Below are positions 15,005 through 17,914 of a DNA stretch of 17,914 nt, piece by piece. Made by a program: the position numbers and the translations under genes. The stretch is from assembly GCA_043718025.1 (NCBI GenBank), contig JAYSWN010000220.1:1-17914 (forward strand), given 5' to 3'. The notes under the pieces are model-generated. The model made no database searches and was not told the origin of the DNA. It worked only from the letters and a program-made list of their open reading frames with translations. This DNA comes from Pseudomonadota bacterium. GTDB taxonomy: Bacteria; Bdellovibrionota; FAC87; UBA2466. Each line of letters opens with the position of its first letter. The stretch's first letter is position 1.

Positions 15005-16135
15005 ATGAGCGCCCTGTCGCCCAATGCACTTTGGATTAAAAACCCGAACTTTGATCTCGCTTTTATTTTTGGGGGCGCTTTCTTCACCTTGGCCATGGCC
15101 TTTGTCAGTTACCTCGCACCAGCCCTTATCCCCCTGTTTTTTTGGATCTGGGTTTTTGGCTTCGAAGGGTCGCATTTCTGGGCAACTTACAGCCGAACTT
15201 ACTTTGACACTCAGTTCGCAACTGAAAACAAAACGGTGCTGACCTGGAGCTTACTCTTCTTTGCCTTACCGCTTGCCGCCGTTGCCTTAACTTTACAAAC
15301 GGGCAACCCATTTTTTCAGAATGGTTACGGTTTTTTTATCTTCACCTGGTCGCTGTACCACAACACCAAACAGCACTTTGGCTTCGTTCAGATCTACAAT
15401 AAAAAGGTGGGGGCTATTGAGCCCACCCGTGAAACTTACCGGCGGTTGCTTTACCTCGTGACCTACGCCCCCATGAGCCACTTCTTTCTCTCTTATAAAT
15501 TAAAGGGTGAGATGAGCGCCGGGTACGCTTTGGTGCAGAACTACGGTTGGCTGATCCCACTTCCCTTAGCGCTATCGGCAATTAGCTTAGTCGGTATTGG
15601 TGTGGTTGCCTTGCGCACGTTCAACGGACAGAACTCAAAGGCGAGTCCCGTGGCCTTGGCCTACATCGGCGTATGCTGGCTATTCTATAACACGATGTTT
15701 TTTTTGGTAGCCCGCCTGGAACCTCTAGCGCTGGCGCCCGAGAACTTTGCGCAATCTCTGATGGTGGTTTCGATCATGAATTCGCTTTTTCATAACATTC
15801 AATATCACGCCATCGTTTGGTACTACGGCCAACGCCGCTACCAGACAGAGTTTGGTAGTGGAGTCTTCGGGCTGGCGCGACGAATCAATTCTAATTTTGC
15901 TACCTATGTACTTGCCGCCTTACTTTTCTCGACCCTGTTTACGTTAATATTTTGGGCGCGCGGCGAAATCAGGTTTCTAAATGGTTCGCTAGGTGTGGGA
16001 ACTTGGGGAAATCTGGCGTACGTTCTCTACTTTGGTATTGTGGGACACCATTTCTTTTTGGATCAAAAGATTTGGCGAACAAACCGCTCGCCCGAGCTAA
16101 ACCATTATTTCGAACTTCGACCGGTCACTGGCTAA
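15005..16135 (+). CDS. Multi-pass membrane protein with His-rich motifs (putative membrane metalloenzyme)
   Basis: SD GAGGAG; about 9-10 hydrophobic segments; SHFWATY, YHNTKQHFGF, FHNIQYH, HHFFLDQKIWR. Confidence 0.8.
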   Translation: MSALSPNALWIKNPNFDLAFIFGGAFFTLAMAFVSYLAPALIPLFFWIWVFGFEGSHFWATYSRTYFDTQFATENKTVLTWSLLFFALPLAAVALTLQTGNPFFQNGYGFFIFTWSLYHNTKQHFGFVQIYNKKVGAIEPTRETYRRLLYLVTYAPMSHFFLSYKLKGEMSAGYALVQNYGWLIPLPLALSAISLVGIGVVALRTFNGQNSKASPVALAYIGVCWLFYNTMFFLVARLEPLALAPENFAQSLMVVSIMNSLFHNIQYHAIVWYYGQRRYQTEFGSGVFGLARRINSNFATYVLAALLFSTLFTLIFWARGEIRFLNGSLGVGTWGNLAYVLYFGIVGHHFFLDQKIWRTNRSPELNHYFELRPVTG

Positions 16136-16138
16136 ACC

Positions 16139-16795
16139 ATGGAATCTTCCGAATACGTATTGCGCCCGGTAATCAAAGCCACCCACCTGTCACGCCCACC
16201 ATTGCGCAAAACGCCGCTGGTCACCGTAATGGCGCTAGCGTTTGTCACCGCAACTTCCGCACTGCGTTGGCATTACCCCACAACCTGGGGGCAATGGATG
16301 GAAAGCACGCCGGCCGATGTGTTCGAACGGCATGATTACTGGCGACTGGTGACCAGCTTTCTCATTCACCGGGATGTGGACCATTGGATCGCTAATGCGT
16401 TTCCCTTCGGCATTCTGGTTTATCACTTGTACGGTTATTGCGGTGCGAGGGTATTTCCGTTTGGTACGTTGGCATTGGGCGTGTTGATCACCGCCACTTC
16501 GCTTTTCACCTACGATGCCAATGTGAATCTACTCGGCGCCTCCGGAATGATTTACGGCATGGCGGGCTTTTGGCTGACGCTGTTTCTCTTCGTTGAACGC
16601 AACCAGAGCATCGAAAACCGCGCCATCCGAGCTTTAGGGTTCGCCCTGGTGATGTTGTTTCCGTCGCAGATTAAACCTGAAGTGAGCTACCGCACCCACG
16701 CCATTGGCCTAGCTTGGGGAGTGATTTGGGGAGTGCTCTACTACCTGAAAAACCGCCGCTGGCTTCATAGTCGAGAGATCATCGAACTGGAGTAG
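16139..16795 (+). CDS. Rhomboid family intramembrane serine protease
   Basis: YWRLVTSFLIH...HWIAN, catalytic GASG, VSYRTHAIG (catalytic His). Confidence 0.92.
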   Translation: MESSEYVLRPVIKATHLSRPPLRKTPLVTVMALAFVTATSALRWHYPTTWGQWMESTPADVFERHDYWRLVTSFLIHRDVDHWIANAFPFGILVYHLYGYCGARVFPFGTLALGVLITATSLFTYDANVNLLGASGMIYGMAGFWLTLFLFVERNQSIENRAIRALGFALVMLFPSQIKPEVSYRTHAIGLAWGVIWGVLYYLKNRRWLHSREIIELE

Positions 16796-16809
16796 TGGCC
16801 AGCGAACGA

Positions 16810-16864
16810 GTTAAGCCCGAGTCAAATTGACGCGACGTGACTGCGCGGCGGGTTAACGCTTTTT
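16810..16864 (+). terminator. Possible terminator or stem-loop after the rhomboid gene
   Basis: GTTAA(G)CCCG pairs with CGGGTTAAC and is followed by GCTTTTT. The loop is large, so this is a weak call. Confidence 0.3.
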
Positions 16865-16970
16865 GTCGCACCCTGTTAAAACCCCCCGAATATTGACACT
16901 GCAGTGTCCGTTTAGCGTCGATTGTTGGCGCCAAGTGAACACTGGGGGTTGTTTTACGTTGGGGAAAAAC

Positions 16971-17914
16971 ATGAACGTATCTTTTCTAGCCAAAGTGGCG
17001 GCTTTCTTTGTCGCGGCAAATATTGCGACTGCAGAAGCCCCTAAAAAGAGTCCCTTGAGCGCTGGTATCAACGCTCTCAATTACAAAGTTCTCAATCAGA
17101 TCAATAAAAACGAAAAAGGCAAAAACGTTTTTATGTCTTCGTTCAGCATCCATGCGGCTCTGAGCATGGCCTACAATGGCGCCGATGGCGCCACCAAGGC
17201 TGAACTCGGCAAGCTGCTGGGAATTTCTGATCGGATTTCGTTAGAAAAATTGGCCGACACTTGGAGTGAGCTACGTTCCGATCTCGAAACTGCCGACGAC
17301 AAAGTTAAGCTGGCCATTGCCAATTCAATGTGGGGCAATAGCGATCAGAAGGTTAAGTTCTGGCCGGGTTTTGTAAAAATCAACCAGCGCGCTCATGACG
17401 CCGAGATTTTGAGTCGTGATTTTCAGTCTGAAGATTTTATCACCGAAATCAACAAATGGGCTGCCGACAAAACCAATAACAAGATCACCAAAGTTCTAGC
17501 CGGACCAATTCCTAAAGATCAGCTGTTTTACCTGGTGAACGCAATTTACTTCAAAGGCGCTTGGGCGATTGCGTTCGACAAAAAGCAGACTCGCGAAGAT
17601 GACTTTGCTCTAGACGCTAAGCGCACGGCCAAAGCAAAATTCATGGAGCAGCCCGGGCACTTTAACTACTACCTGGACACCAATTGGCAAGCCGTACAGC
17701 TACCCTTCGGCAAGACGAAGCGCATGGTGATGTCGATCTTTTTGCCCAACACTGACGCCAAATTGCTCGAACAAATCGACGGTGATTTCGTTTCGAAGGT
17801 TACTTGGGCGAATAAAAAAGGGACGGTTACTCTGCCTCGCTTCGAGATTGAATACGGCAACGAGAAAATGGTCGATGTGCTGAAAGCGATGGGAGTAAAA
17901 GTTGCGTTCTCCGA
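16971..17914 (+). CDS. Serpin (serine protease inhibitor, I4) with signal peptide; 3' truncated by window edge
   Basis: Translated by hand from ATG 16971 (GGGGA upstream): MNVSFLAKVAAFFVAANIATA..., KNVFMSSFSIHAALSMAYNGADGATKAEL, LAIANSMW, INKWAADKTNNKI, LVNAIYFKGAW, VQLPF, MSIFLP, VTLPRFEIE, LKAMG. Not in the ORF track because there is no stop in the window. Confidence 0.93.
   Translation, partial: MNVSFLAKVAAFFVAANIATAEAPKKSPLSAGINALNYKVLNQINKNEKGKNVFMSSFSIHAALSMAYNGADGATKAELGKLLGISDRISLEKLADTWSELRSDLETADDKVKLAIANSMWGNSDQKVKFWPGFVKINQRAHDAEILSRDFQSEDFITEINKWAADKTNNKITKVLAGPIPKDQLFYLVNAIYFKGAWAIAFDKKQTREDDFALDAKRTAKAKFMEQPGHFNYYLDTNWQAVQLPFGKTKRMVMSIFLPNTDAKLLEQIDGDFVSKVTWANKKGTVTLPRFEIEYGNEKMVDVLKAMGVKVAFS

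Noticed and set aside
14894..15175. N-terminal extension of ORF 14153..15175
   Set aside because: Antisense to the membrane protein gene at 15005; a signal-like start at GTG 14893 is more plausible.
1..17914. CRISPR arrays, tRNA/rRNA, IS or phage genes, and the remaining short ORFs in the track
   Set aside because: No periodic direct repeats, cloverleafs or transposase/integrase motifs seen by eye. The remaining short ORFs are antisense or alternate-frame shadows of the called genes.

Overview
Densely packed bacterial chromosome segment of roughly 50% GC by eye, with 21 CDSs (two cut by the window edges). I found no rRNA, tRNA, CRISPR array or transposase. Recognisable genes: a spermidine-synthase-like methyltransferase, two class I SAM methyltransferases, a GIY-YIG (UvrC-N-like) nuclease, a DTW tRNA acp3U transferase, an ATP-grasp ligase, a DoxX-like membrane protein, an M15D D-Ala-D-Ala peptidase, Ogt, DUF3817, TerC, a rhomboid protease and a secreted serpin that is absent from the ORF track. 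Many orphan-like proteins carry signal peptides, which suggests a Bdellovibrionota-like predator (inference). Most notable: (1) normally cytoplasmic enzymes (kinase-like, ATP-grasp, SAM methyltransferase, HAD phosphatase) have export signals and a short terminal Cys-containing segment; (2) an unknown two-gene operon at 6481-7786 sits behind a leader with alternative SD-sequestering pairings and a palindromic operator-like site; (3) a candidate ~85-nt structured RNA with a terminator at 11563-11648; (4) a secreted protein with a clan CD-like His/Cys dyad.
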